DNA from: Cetorhinus maximus
Lineage: Eukaryota
Assembly (NCBI RefSeq): GCF_964194155.1
Contig: NC_135913.1
Coordinates: 9,486,001 to 9,550,000, forward strand
DNA length: 64,000 nucleotides
Direction: 5' to 3'
Part shown: one piece after another, positions 11,185-23,799 of the stretch
Layout: the number at the start of each line of letters is the position of its first letter
How positions within the stretch are numbered: the first letter of the stretch is position 1
The notes under the pieces: model-generated
The model's database searches: none
What the model was told of the DNA's origin: nothing
What the model saw: the letters and a program-made list of their open reading frames with translations, nothing else
Made by a program: the position numbers and the translations under genes

Positions 11185-13190
11185 ATCTCCCTGGAATTTC
11201 TGCAACTTAATTCCTCCCCAAAAGAAAGTGCAAGCTTCAAAGCTTTGACAGCCGCATGCAGCTGAAAGCTCAGGATTTGCCCTGTCAAAACCCTGTAACA
11301 GGTGAACAATGATGTTTGCAACATTACAAGCCCTGGATGAATGTTCCCATTGCGGTTTAGATAGCTAAGGCGCATATCTCCCAAAGGGTAACTGATTTCA
11401 CGTTTCACTCATGCTTCTATCCAATTAGACGCCGCTTAGCTTTTAAGTAACCTAACGAGCCCCAGAAGTATCATTGGACATCACTTTCCAACATAAAGAA
11501 ACTTAATAAGATAAATGTTGCCTTTGGAGTTTCATGCATGAAGAATGTTTCAAATTATTGCCGGCGCTAAATGTGAGCTAGGATAAAATGATATTTTGTT
11601 GCTACGCATTAGGCAGGGTACAGTCGGAGCTTTGTATAACTCTGATACAATGTCAGCGGTCTAAACGAGGGTGGCACTTAACAGCCGTACCAAAATTGGA
11701 GTCGATGGGAACTAGGGGATAAACTCTCTGCTAGTTGGAACGCTGGAGCTTTTTGTTGAAGGCCTTGGGATTTTTGTCATTCTCACAATTTAGAACGTTT
11801 CCCCCAATGAGCATCCTGGCTTTTAAAGGGTTAACATCACACTTTCCCATAACAAACACCATATGGAATTGTTTACCCATTCGCAAGATCCATCTCTGTG
11901 GGTTTTGATCTTCCCTCTCCAAATTCTACAATTCAACACCTCGCCGAAGTGAACACAATCAGCAAGGCTCAGTGCAGATAGTTGGGTAACAACAATCCTC
12001 ACATCAAAAGCCACGAGTAAGGAGCAAGGAGTTGGTGTAAATTAGATGATTTGATAAATGAAGCCAAAGGGACGCTGCTGATCTGCCAATGAAGGAAATG
12101 CGCTGTCGAGGGTGGATTAGGGAACAAGGGAATTAAATCAAAAAGTGGTTGCAATGCTTCATGTCAGCTGGCGAAGGCAGCTATTGGAAGCATGATTATT
12201 TCAGCTGGATGTCTCAATCGGTAAAACTTAACATACTTAATTTGCGGGTCTATGGTTCGAGTTCGGGTTTGGACGCTGCCTTTTGACTCGAGGTGTTTAC
12301 CCCCGTGACGCAACAGGAAAGAAAGGGGTCAGGGATGCTGAGTTCTTCAGGAGAGCAGAAGAGAAAGATATGTTTATTCGATTTGCAAAAACATAGTGTC
12401 TTCTAGAATTTATTGTAGATTCGATCAACTTTTTAAAATTCTTTCTAGATTTGCAGCTACCCTAATTGTAAAAAGAGCTTCGTGTTTTTTTTTTATCTGG
12501 GTTGGATTACACCTCATCGCTGAGCATCAGTGCCAACAATATGAAATGAATCAGCCCCATTACTACCTCCGGGGAAAGCGGTTTCTCCCTTTTTAACCTA
12601 ACACGTGGTTTAAACGGAATAGAAACATCGATCAGATCACCCTACATTATTTTTCTAAAGAGAATAGTAACAGGGAAAAGCCCTGAAAAGGAAAAAAAAA
12701 ATGCACGGGAGACGGGGGAGACCGGGGGAGACGGGGGGGTGGGTGTGATTGACAAGATTGACAGTGGGTGAATTTCTCCTTCAGAGAGCTAGCACAGACA
12801 GGACAGGACGAATGGCTTCCTTTTGTGCATCCATTCTATGATTATACCTTTCTAGGATTATCAAAACTAAATTCCGAAAGTAACTGCAATCCGATATCCC
12901 ATTGGTGAATCAGCAGTTTTTGCATTCTAAGGCCAATATAATCCTGGTGATTCATCTGAGTGTTATCTACAAGAACATGAGAAATAGAAATACGTGCCTC
13001 ATGGATTTCAAAGCTTCACGACCGTTCCAGCTGATCCCTTTCCCACAATTGCACCTTCCTGATAATTCTCAATTCCCCCCTGTCGTACATCAAAATCATA
13101 GATAAGGAATTCCTAATGAATTTCAAGCCATAGAAGCGGTGAACAATGATGCACATTGCAAAATAATGGAAAACAATTCAAAGCAGGCTT
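11185..13190 (+). repeat. Diverged copy C of the tRNA-cluster duplication unit
   Basis: 11920-13190 aligns by eye with 21760-22950 and 24960-26165 (e.g. aatgaagccaaaggga.gctgc); 11190-11320 aligns with 21105-21235. Confidence 0.8.
12203..12275 (+). pseudogene. tRNA-Lys pseudogene (Lys-TTT body, anticodon now CTT)
   Basis: 73-nt colinear match to vertebrate tRNA-Lys(TTT); B box GGTTCGAGTTC kept; stems broken. Confidence 0.7.
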
Positions 13191-14117
13191 TAAGCCTCTC
13201 CGTTAGTCGCATGGATCTGTTTTCTAATTTAAGCAACAAACGCAAGACAGTTGTCTAAACATTGATTGTAAGAATTGTTAACTCGGGTATGACAGCCTGG
13301 AAGTTGAGATTTAAAATGGGTTTATTTGTACATGCGCACTGGCTGTTTGTGAGCCCTGGACCTGGAGATCAAAACCCATTTGCTTTTCCGCAGCCCCTTG
13401 TTTCTCACCACATAGAAAATACACTAATTTCTCAAATGCTACCTGAAATATATTTTCCTTGTGTACTCCCATATACTTACTGACTGGCTCTGCATTTACT
13501 GTCCGCTCTATTGCCATTCTGTCTCCTGTGTTCCGTGTACACGCAAAGTCCAAGGGAGCAGTTCTTTTCGATCCATCCTATCGAATCCACAAGCGCTATT
13601 CTTGTTAGTTTCTCAAAACTAAATTGCAGAAAGAGCACGGAAAATGATAGTACAATATAATTAGATTATGATGTGTTTCTGTCAACAAAATATTTATTTG
13701 CTGTTGCACCTTTAAGGCAGCTATTGCGGCATCTCAGATTTGAGTTACAGCAGGTTCTGAATGTACAAATATTTATAATTAACATTGTGATGTTTGAAAT
13801 TGGATGTTATGCTTATCGGTGTGCTCATTCTGAATGAATGTGCGCGTGACTGATTTATCTCTCAAAATATTTGTGAATATCTGTGTTCTGTGTAAATATA
13901 TTTAGGAGTGATTGGGTAAAGGAAAGAAACAGGCAGAAAAAAATATTTCTGCATCAAACCAGGTTCAGAAGAAAAATCGAAAATACAGTTCTCTGTAACC
14001 AGCAGAAGGAGGAAACATTTATTTCCAGCACAAGAAGTCAAAATCATACCAAAGAGAGACACTTTATGAGAGTTGATTTGGACGGAGATCAGTGTGGTTT
14101 ATGTACTGCTAAACTGA

Positions 14118-14195
14118 GTAGTTGTGGCCGAGTGCTGAAAGCGAATACAAATCCATTATGGTGCTTTCGAGCAGATTCAAATCCTTGCGACTACG
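14118..14195 (+). pseudogene. tRNA-Ser (AGA/TGA family) pseudogene
   Basis: GTAGTTGTGGCCGAGTG...AAATCCATT...GCAGATTCAAATCCTTGCGACTACG versus consensus GTAGTCGTGGCCGAGTGG...CAGGTTCGAATCCTGCCGACTACG; deletion in anticodon arm. Confidence 0.85.
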
Positions 14196-14539
14196 CAAAT
14201 TCATTTACTCGCTCAGTTTCAAAGTTTGACCAAGTTCCTTAGAGACGAGTCCTGCCTTACGCGGAATCATATCCCACACCTTTCAACAACAGAAGTCGCT
14301 TTCCTCATTCTTATTCATCTGCGTGTGTTTACGAAAATTCTGTCATGAATACCACAAATATCAGCAAAATTAATGCCACCCTTCTTTTTCTCCCTCTCTC
14401 ACTTTGTCTATGTCACTTTAAGTCTAATGAGATGTGTCCTACTGTATGTGCAGGCATATTGTCTGTGCGCTTGTATTTGTGCATGTTTTCGTTGTTTCTG
14501 TTTATTGCTCCTGCGTTGTTCTTGTTTACTGTGCTTTTG

Positions 14540-15300
14540 TAAGATGCTCATCTGCAAAGGCCTTTCCAATTTCTTTCTAAAATTATTCACTAAAATATCT
14601 TCAGCCACCTATTCATGTCAAGCCTTCCAGATCCCACTAACTCCGACTGGAAATGTCTCTGTTCCCGTCATCTGTATATCTTCTGCCAACGAATTTGAAT
14701 CCACGACCTTTAGTTATTGACGTACACGCAGAGGGGCTTTTTTCCTTGTTTACCCTCCCCAAATCTCGCATGATCTGGAAAACCATTATCTGGTGATTTT
14801 CCAACCTTCTGTGTCCAAAGTACAACAACCTGAGCATCCCCAACAACTCCTCATAATTGAACTATTTCATCCTTGAAAACGTCGCAGTGAACGTCCTCTG
14901 GCCCCTTTCTAATGCCTTGCTGAAGAGTGGTGAACATAATTAACCACAACACAAACAGAATTACCTGGAAAAACTCAGCAGGTCTGGCAGCATCGGTGGA
15001 GAAGAAAAAGAGTTGACGTTTCGAGTCCAATGACCCTTCAACAGAACAGAACAGAACCACAAGATTGCTTTCGAATGTGTAACTGCAGGATTTCAAGTTC
15101 TAGCATGACCCCGGTGCTTTAATATGCTCTTTCTCGATTTAGAAACCAAAATATTCAATATGCTTTTCGAGCTACATTATGAACGTTGTGTATATGGAGG
15201 CAAATGTCTCTCTGCCCATCCACACTTTCCAAAAACCTCGCATTTACAGTGTAGCGACTTTCCATATTGGTCCTCCCAAAGTTCATAATAACATTGCTTA
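14540..15300 (-). mobile_element. Decayed CR1 LINE fragment interrupted by a Penelope-derived repeat
   Basis: RRLENHQIMVFQIMRDLGRV resembles the CR1 ORF2 C-terminus. Confidence 0.6.
14950..15050 (-). mobile_element. Penelope-derived repeat carrying a minimal type I hammerhead ribozyme motif (15012-15047)
   Basis: Minus strand GTT CTGTTGA A GGGTC ATTG GACTC GAAAC GTC AAC. Confidence 0.75.
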
Positions 15301-15979
15301 CTTCCTCTTATCGAAATCTGACTACTTTTTTAACGTGTTATTATTATGTGTGCGTCTTACTTTCTGAATTAATTTCTGAGCGGGTCTTTGTTTCTCTGGA
15401 AGTCTTTCTCTTTGCCATGTCCAACTAATAAAGCAATAAAATTGCCACGCATCTCTCTGCCCTTCATCCTCTAAACTTATTGAATATATGTCTGTTTGTC
15501 TCTCTGTTTCCCTCTCCCTGATCTCTCTGTGCAACATTTTTATTTTCCAATCGGACTGATGAATAGACGCAGGGCCATTCTCATATCCCGTCATCCCCTC
15601 AGTATTCAATAATATAAGGATGTCAGGTTAAAATATATTGAGCTCTCCCAATCCCCTGGGGCAGGGAACTTCAAAGATACATAAACATTTGATGAAGAAA
15701 TTTCTCCTCGTCACTGAATACACTAAGCTCCAGAGAGTATAGAGTCATTTTGCTCAGTCTCTGCTTTGAATACAGGAATGAATCTAGGGACCAAGCTATA
15801 ATTTTAACATGTGACTTTCGGCCTTTCGAAAATGCTGGCGTTACTCAGCAGGCCAGACAGTACCTTTGGTTTACAGACCTGAAAGATTAGTATTTTTTTC
15901 TCTCCCAGGAAGCTGAAGAGTCTGCACAGCATAACATGAATTTCTGTTGTTACTTCGCATTTCCAACATCTGCATTTGC

Positions 15980-17150
15980 TACGAACATACGAAATAGGAA
16001 CAGAAGTAGATCAAATGGCTCCTCAAGGCTGTTCCTCCGTTCACCAAGATCTTGGTTGATTTGTTTGTATTTCGGGTTCCACATTCCCATCTGCACCGAG
16101 AACCTTTGAATCTTTTGCCTTTCAAGAATGTATTTACCTGTATTTTTTAAATTTTAAAGAACACCGCCTCCACTGCATTGTGAGGCCGAAAGTTCTGAGG
16201 TCACATAACCACCTGAGAGAAAAGAAACATCTCATCTTCGCTGTCCTACAAGGAACACACCCAGCCTGTGCAACCTATCCTCATAATCACCCGCTCATTC
16301 CAGGTGTCAAACCAGTAAACCCGCTCTGAACCGCCTCTAACTCACTTGCATCCTTCCTAAAGTAAAGGGAACAAAAGTGCATACTGTACTCCAGATTTCG
16401 TGTCATCATTACCCTGTATTACTGAAGCATAACCTCCTTTCTTTTGTCTCCAATTCCTCTAGAAATAAAGGATAGCAGTCCATTTGACTTCTGCATTACG
16501 TGCTGTACCTGCATACTAACTTTTGGTGACTCATGAACCAAGGCACCTAGATCCCCCTGCAGCTTGGAACTCTGCACTCGTTCACTGTGTAATTAATAAT
16601 TTGTTTATTATAATTGTTATTATTATTCTCCCTACCAAAGTGAACAACTTCACATGTTCCAACATTATTATCCATCTGTCAGAGTTTTGTCCAATCACTC
16701 AACCCATATATTTCTATTTCCATGTTCCTTATGTATTCTTCACAAATTTCCTACCTTTATTTGTGCCATCTGAAAATTTATCTATCATACCTTAACTCTC
16801 CTCATCTAAGCCATTGATATAAATTGTAAAAGGCCATGCCCCAGCACATATCCCTATCCACTCGTTTTTCCTGCCAATCAGACAAAGACCCATTTATGCA
16901 TACTCTTTCTTCTGACAGCCAGACAGCCTTCTCTCCATGTCAATATCTTACTCCTACAACATGAATATTTATTTTCTGCAATAACCTTCGATGTGGCACC
17001 TTGCCTAATGCCTTTTGAAAATCCAAGTATATTACGCATACATGCTCCCCTTCATCCATATCACATGCTTCTCCTTCAAAAACCTGTAATACCTTGTTTA
17101 AACATAATTTCCCTTTCACAAAACCATGCTGAGTCTTGCTTTTGCATGAG
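15980..17150 (-). mobile_element. CR1 LINE 3' fragment
   Basis: gaacatacgaaataggaacagaagtag tail; reverse complement of LDFQKALGKVPHRRL at about 16980-17025. Confidence 0.85.
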
Positions 17151-17329
17151 GCTAGTGAACTCTCGTTATATCATCTCTACCGGATGCATTTCCTCCTTCA
17201 GACACGGACTCCATACTGACAATTATTCATTTAAATCAAGTCCCTTACAGCAAATGTTTTCCTGAAGAAAGAGAAAGATGCCGATGTGAACATCCTGAAA
17301 TTCCGTCACTCACTGCACTCTGATTGCAC

Positions 17330-17450
17330 CTACACCACATGGACTTTAGCGGTTCAAGAAGGCAGCACACCACCAAGTTCTCTAATGTAATTGAGGAGCG
17401 GCAGTAAATGCTGGCCTAGCCAGCGACGCCCACATCCCATGAATGAAACA
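17330..17450 (+). mobile_element. LINE/SINE 3' tail (AAATGCTGGCCTAGCCAGCGACGCCCACATCCCATGAATGAA)
   Basis: Same tail family as 9840-9960, 34760-34880 and 50945-51050. Confidence 0.8.
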
Positions 17451-17889
17451 TAAATCATACTGACCTTGGGTGCAATATGATTGTGGTGATTATTTTTTAA
17501 CACAGGCAGTGCTGGGTGCATGTAATAGAGCACCCAGCAGAGTCATAAAATACACCAAAGAAAGTGAAAAGGACATAAAAATGTGCACTGGTCGGTTCAA
17601 TTGTATTTGCAATGTTCGCTGAAGTTAAAAAATTGTTTCCTTGGTTCTCTAGTTATTAAGATTGGGCGCTTTCACCGCCACCGCCCCGTCAGGAAAGTAC
17701 ATTTTACAGAAAACCTAACCTGTTCGATCATATTTACCGGTGAATTTCCGCTGCACGTGGAAGTAAATGTTTTGACAATTGAGAAAGGGCCTTTCGCGTG
17801 TCATCAATATTCAGAACATCCACGACATGTAAACGCCTAATTACCTGGCCTTGGGTGAAAGAAAGTGTTCAGGGAGACAGCAAAATGTA

Positions 17890-19270
17890 GAACGCCGCTC
17901 TGTGAGGAGAAAAAATCCTCACATTTCCTCTTAAAATGGAGACCTCTCGTTTTTCAACCATGTCCCCTAATTCTCGACTCCATCTGATCAAGTCCCTTCG
18001 GGATCCGATAAGTTTCAATAAGTTCTCCTCGCTTTCTTCTCAACTCCAATTGGAACAGGACCAAACTGTCTTAATAAGTTAAACCCGTCATCCTCGGAAT
18101 GAATTGAGTGAACTTTCTCTGCAATGATTCTTATGCATTTGGTATGACACGTGATGTATGCCAGGTGGACCAAATGCACAAGGGAAAATTGGCTACTATA
18201 TCACAAAAGATTTGGCGATTTGTATTTATTCCGAGAAGGCTTTTGCACTGAGCTCAGAGGAATTGAATCCAATAACACCTTAAGTGATTTAAATTAAGTT
18301 AAAACATTTATTAACAAAAGGGGAAAAAAAGAAACGGTAAATGCACACAAGGTTAAGGTCACACGGTTATTTAGGCGTAGCATTTCCCAAAATTCTTAAT
18401 TAAACAGATTGCCAACTCCACTCTCCCTTTAAGGCAACAGCCTAAATTAGATTTGAAACTACAAAATCCATGGTGCAAAGATACCACACCAAGCACTCGA
18501 CATTGGATTACCAAAGCCTTGCAATGCAACTCTTTAGTTTTCTAGACATAGTTAACTTCTGCTAAAGTGGCTGTTCCCCAACGACTCCTTCACACGGTCT
18601 ACCTTTCAATCTGACATGCCAACGCTCTCTATGCAGTCTTTCATCCGTTTGTATATATGTTTCTCCCTTTATAATGTCTACATTCCATTGTTCTACAGGA
18701 CTTTGGAAATTTAATTTTCCCGTTTTGTAAAAATCATTCATAAAGTTAATACGGCATGTTTCCTTTTAGGAAAAATAAACATAATAACCTTGCACTTTTT
18801 ATCTTGTTAGTTGCAAAAATGCCACTATCTCTTTGATACCCAACCACCTTCCACTTATCTGAAAATGCAAGTTTCCTTCACACCCTGCACCTCATCCATG
18901 TTTACTTATTAGCATTTAAATGTCTTCCTGCTCTTAATTTATTTCGATAATGTCAAACCTGCGGTCTATCTGACTCTAATTTCTTTACTTCAGTCACTTA
19001 GGCAGGAACATCCACACTCACACATATAAGACGACAATAATATGATGAAAAATATTATCGTTTCATGACGAATTTATTTTTTTAAAATATTGTGGCCAAA
19101 ACTGTATACAGTTTCCAGATGTGTCCTCACAAAGCTCCTGTACAGCTGCAGTAAAACTTCACTATCTTTATATTCCATTCTCCATCAATAAAAGCCAACA
19201 TTTCATTTGCCTTCCTGATCACTTGCTGGACCTGTATGCAAGCTATTTTAATGAGTTATGTACTAGGACC
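17890..19270 (-). mobile_element. CR1 LINE fragment split by an insertion at 18140-19070
   Basis: CR1 3' sequence stops at 18139 and resumes colinearly at 19071. Confidence 0.7.
18140..19070. mobile_element. Probable solo LTR (about 930 bp)
   Basis: Imperfect inverted termini TGGTATGA...TCATGACG, flanks CATT/AATT, clean interruption of a CR1 copy, no ORF. Confidence 0.55.
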
Positions 19271-19564
19271 TCTGGTGCGCATATGGTCAGTTGAATAAAC
19301 TCTTTCTGCTTGCTTGGAATTTGGGAATAAGGAATACAGTTACAACAAATAGACAGATTTCAACATTGAAATTAGGAAACAATACACACAGCAAGGGTGC
19401 TGGAATTTCAGAGCTCCGTTCTGTACATATTAATTGGTGGTTTTATTTTTAAGCTGCGATCGATAGTGTTTTATTACACAAATTCATTGATGTACATGGG
19501 GAAAGCGATTTGGTTCCCAATTTGCCACGATATCTCTAAATAATAGAACAGAACCTAGGGAATA

Positions 19565-19800
19565 AATGGCCTCACCAAAATCAAAGCTTATGGAAAAGCG
19601 GATCATCCTTTGCCTCAGCACGCTTCAGCCCCTGAACGTCACACTGAGTTCATCAATTTTAGATCACAATATCCGTCTTAATCTTGTTTCGTGTTTATTT
19701 CCTTTGCTGCTGCTTTTGGTCTCCTTTACTTAATTGATCCTTCATGTTGCCTTTGGACGGCTGCTATGCAGCGTTTCATAACTTCACTTAGGCGCATAAT
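19565..19800 (+). mobile_element. Penelope-like element remnant (GIY-YIG C-terminus)
   Basis: KLMEKRIILCLSTLQPLNVTLSSSILD resembles RKLEEQHLIFRLGTLQP.GLNIEFNNF; paralogous to 32664. Confidence 0.65.
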
Positions 19801-20590
19801 TTGTTTATTTGAAGACAAATTGCATTTTAGACTGTATTGCAAGGATATTTGATTTCAAGAATGAATAAGTCTTGCTAAAAAATCACAGGGCTTTGGTGAC
19901 ACCATACCTTTAATATTGTTTGCAGTTTTGATCTCCATCTTTAAAAAAGGATACTAGTGAATTGGAGGCGGCACAGCGAATGTTCACTGATTGGTCCCCG
20001 GGATGAGCGGACAGTCCGATGATGAGAGGCTGAGTAAAATGGAGCAGCATTCCGGCTCTCCCACGTGGTCATTACATATGTTACTTTCCTGAACCACCAA
20101 AACAGCCACCCATCATGCTCCCGGCTTAATTTCCATGGCCACCGACCCTGGCATGAGGCTCAAACTCTATTCGCACTATCACTGTGCAGATTAAGCCATT
20201 CCCAAGTTGCTTGCAGGGACATGGTAGTTTTATATATAAAAGTCCGCTTAAGGGAAAACTTGGATTGTTCTATAAATTGAACATTTTCGGAAGTCAATAA
20301 GCAACGGTTCACTTGCATCAATCCATATAAATGTTTCATTGCAGTATTCAGCGCTAAAGCCATCCCACAACTGGGCTTGTGCCATGTGAAGTCATTTTAA
20401 TAAATTACACCCGCAGCCGCATGGAGCAAATAGATGGATGCTTTCATTTAGTTCCCTGGTTTTATCTGGAGGGAGCGAATCGCGGGAGCAGCATCAGGGG
20501 TTAGCAGTATTCTATATAAATTCCAAATCTTTACTGGAAAGGTAGGAATTTTTATAAAAAGCCCTGCACAGGAAAAGTACTCCTGTGCAA

Positions 20591-20676
20591 AACCTGTGCC
20601 CCATCCGCGCCAAGCGGGACACCATCTTGCCCAAAGATATCCAGCTGTCAGGCGCATCCCCGGGGAGCGACCCTAA
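20591..20676 (+). pseudogene. Histone H3 pseudogene, 3' fragment
   Basis: NLCPIRAKRDTILPKDIQL then a 1-nt frameshift to RRIPGERP*; canonical H3 is [28 protein letters not shown]. Confidence 0.92.
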
Positions 20677-20704
20677 ATCCGGTTTCAGCGCCATGTGTAA
20701 CAAT

Positions 20705-20746
20705 GGCTCTTTTCAGAGCCACAAAATGGACAAAGTGAAGAGCTGT
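20705..20746 (+). promoter_or_regulatory. Replication-dependent histone 3' stem-loop and histone downstream element
   Basis: GGCTCTTTTCAGAGCC at 20705-20720; purine-rich GAAGAGCTGT at 20737-20746. Confidence 0.9.
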
Positions 20747-21287
20747 GATCTGTCACTGTTGAGACCAGCATTTCTCCACCCCCTAATTGCTCTTTGCAAC
20801 TGTGATTTTAATAACACCCAGTGCTTTGCTAGACCACTTCAGGGGGATAGTTTAGAGCTCTGTGTCTGGAGTCACATGTTGACCAATCCATGGTGAGAAT
20901 GAAAGACCTGTAACCAGCGAACTGTGTTTGACTCCAGAAATGAGGCTGATCTTTTATTAATGGAGGGTGAGTCTGCTATCTGACCTATAATACAGAAACA
21001 GCATCTCCAGTACCTGCCAGGACATCACATTACCACAACAAACACTATGTGAAGCCATTTCCCAATTCGCGAAATCAATACCTGTCCCTTTGTACCTGTC
21101 ACTGGAATTTCTGTGACTTAATATCTCACCGAAAGAAATCCAATCTTCAAAGCATTGAAAGCCCTGTGAAGATGAACGTTCTCAATTCGTACTTTCATAT
21201 AGCCCCATAAGAGCTGAACAATAATGTTTGCAGCAAAGTAGTGGGATACAATTCGGAACTTTACATTGCAAAGCTCTAGTCAGTGTT

Positions 21288-21361
21288 CGCGTTGTGACTT
21301 AGTTGGTTCAAGCGCTTGTTTAATGCACGGGAAATTCTGCTTTTAAATGTCAGATGTGTCT
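21288..21361 (+). pseudogene. tRNA-Thr(AGT) pseudogene (anticodon now AAT)
   Basis: 74-nt colinear match to GGCGCCGTGGCTTAGTTGGTTAAAGCGCCTGTCTAGTAAACAGGAGATCCTGGG...; B box destroyed. Confidence 0.78.
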
Positions 21362-22021
21362 TTATCGATTTAGTCGATGCATGGCTTTAAATTAAACCAT
21401 TGACTTCCAGAACCAGCATTGATAACTAGGCGACTATATAATGAAGCCGGATCGGATTACTGTTTCTTTGGGAGGTTCATGCAGAAAGAGCATTTTAAAA
21501 TATTGCCGGTGATAATTGTGGGGAAAGATTGAATGATTTATGTTACTGCGCATTAGGCAGGAATGAACGGGGAGAGATAAGTGTTGGTGCTTTTTTGATG
21601 AAGTCATTGGGCTGACATATCTATTTCCATCCCTACACTTTGTGATTTGCACAATTCATAACGTTATTCCGAATGAGCTTTGTTGTTTTCAATGTGATGT
21701 CATCACACGTTCCCAATACAAACACCGTATGAAATTGTTTATTCACATTGTCGCTTCCGACTCAATTATATCTTCCCGAAACCAATGCAATCTTCAAAGC
21801 TTTAAATGCCCAGTGCAGATACCTGGTTAACAACAACTTCCACGTCACACGCCACGGGTCAGGAGTGAGTAGTTGGTGCAAATTAGACTATTTGTGAAAT
21901 GAAGCCAAAGGGAGGCTGCTGGTCTGCCTGTGAGGAAAATGCGCTGCAGAAGATGAATTACCCCAAAAGGGAATGCATAAAAAGCTTGTGACACCTCTTT
22001 TGAAGTAGAGATGGCAACTAT

Positions 22022-22094
22022 CGGTGGGTAGCTCAGTCGGTAGGGCACCAGACTTTTAACCTGAGCTTTCAGGTTTCAAATCCATGTTTGGGTG
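22022..22094 (+). pseudogene. tRNA-Lys(TTT) pseudogene
   Basis: TAGCTCAGTCGGTAG A box, CAGA CT TTT AA CCTG anticodon arm, acceptor stem unpaired. Confidence 0.88.
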
Positions 22095-22968
22095 TTCACC
22101 TTCAGGTTTAGGTGGTCACGCCCGGTGAAACGACCAAAACAAACAGCCATGGACGCTGAATTCTTCAATGGGAGCTGAAGAAACGGCGGCGTTTCTTTGA
22201 TTTCCAACAAAGGATCCACTCTCTCGATATTCTAGTAGCCTCGATCAATTTAACAATCGTTCCTGGGTTTCCAGATACTCCCTGTGTGAAGAGTGCGTCC
22301 TGACTTTCCTCTTGGTTGGCTGGCACTCGCGCTGCGGACCTGTGTCAAAAACATGTCAACATTCAACCCCGTTCTTGCGGCCGGGGGAAAAGGCTTCTCC
22401 GTGTTTAAGCTAACAATTCACTTTAACAAGTTAGAAACCTCGATAAGATCATTCTTCTATAATCAAGAGAATAGAAAAAAAATTTAATCCCTGAAAATAA
22501 AAATAAAAACTTTGCAAGGATCGGGGAGAAGGCCGGGGGATTGATAGTTGGCGAATTTCTCCTTCAACGAGACACCACAGGCAGGATGGGCCAAATGGCC
22601 TATTTATCTGCTGTCCCCATTCTATGCTTATACAAATCGGGGATGATGAAAGTTTAACTCCAGATGTAACCTGCTGAACTCCGGAATCCCACTGGTCCAT
22701 CAGGAACGCTTCCTTTCCTAGCTCAGTGTAATCCCGATGTTTCCTCTGAGCAGTGTCTGTAACAACATGAGAAATAGGGACAGGTGTGTCATGTGTCTCA
22801 CGGCTTCTCAAACCTTCCAGAACTTCTTGGTTGAATGTCCGCCTCAATTGGCTCCTTTCTGAAAATTCTCATTTCGTGCTGCCTACAGCCCCGTAACAGA
22901 TGAAGAATTCCCAATGAGTTTTCAGCAAAATAGTGAAATACGGTTCAAAACATAGCTGTTTGTGACTT

Positions 22969-23043
22969 AGCGCCGTGGCGGAGTGGGTCATGTCTTCCAT
23001 ATAGTCATGCAGACGATCCTGAGTTCAGATTTCAATGGTGCCG
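22969..23043 (+). pseudogene. tRNA-Thr(AGT)-like pseudogene
   Basis: GCGCCGTGGC...TAGT...GATCCTGAGTTCAGAT...GGTGCC. Confidence 0.7.
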
Positions 23044-23799
23044 TTACTTATTTCAAATTAATCAGGCAAAGAGCTGAACATTTTCAAGTCGGGAGGAAGC
23101 ATATAGAATGAATGTGAACATAAAGAAGCACGATAGGATCCAAATTCCCTTTGAAGAGAATGTGCACCGTTGAGCTTATGTATCGCTCCCCCTTTAGTTC
23201 ATTCCAATGAACCAGTGGGTTTGCCGGATTACGCGAATGATAACTGCTTTGGGGTCAGTGCAGAAGTTGTGCAGATGACATTTTCTTTTCCTCTTTGTCT
23301 TTATCCGCCGCACACACTTTCACAAAGAGGGACATCACGGATCAATCTACGAAAGTCTCAAGGGTTTTGAAACGTTTTTCCGGCAAAAAAAACAAGATTT
23401 TAAAGACATCTCATTCAACCACAAATTATGTAAAAACAAATGTTGTTCTCCGCTTTCATTCCACCTGGAAACTGTTCTTGGGATGAATCTCACTGAAACA
23501 GAGGGTGATCGATATGGTTTGGTCAACTATGGGAAGCTTTGAACTGAGGATGGGACAGGACCCCAGGGAGGGATTGCAGCGACGCTCGGAATACATTGAC
23601 AGCTTTTTATTTTATTGCTTCCTGAATCTGGGAATCGCTGGTGAGGTCATCATTTATTTGTGGTGCCTCCTTCTCCAGTCAATGTTTAATTGTCCACCAT
23701 CTTTCGCGACTGGATGTGACAGAGCTGCACAGCTTAGATCCGATCCGTTGGTTATGGAATCACTTTGAAAGCGATTGTCTGTGAGGACAGCAGACATGG

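Larger units (their letters stand above)
21115..23665 (+). repeat. Copy A of the tRNA-cluster duplication unit (Thr-Lys-Thr)
   Basis: Colinear with 24315-26930 at an offset of about 3.2 kb. Confidence 0.92.

Noticed and set aside
13186-13260. Possible tRNA relic at the position of the second Thr in unit C
   Set aside because: No recognisable A or B box; homology to units A/B ends just before it
22022-22094. Functional tRNA-Lys gene
   Set aside because: Acceptor stem cannot pair and other stems have mismatches; classed as a pseudogene
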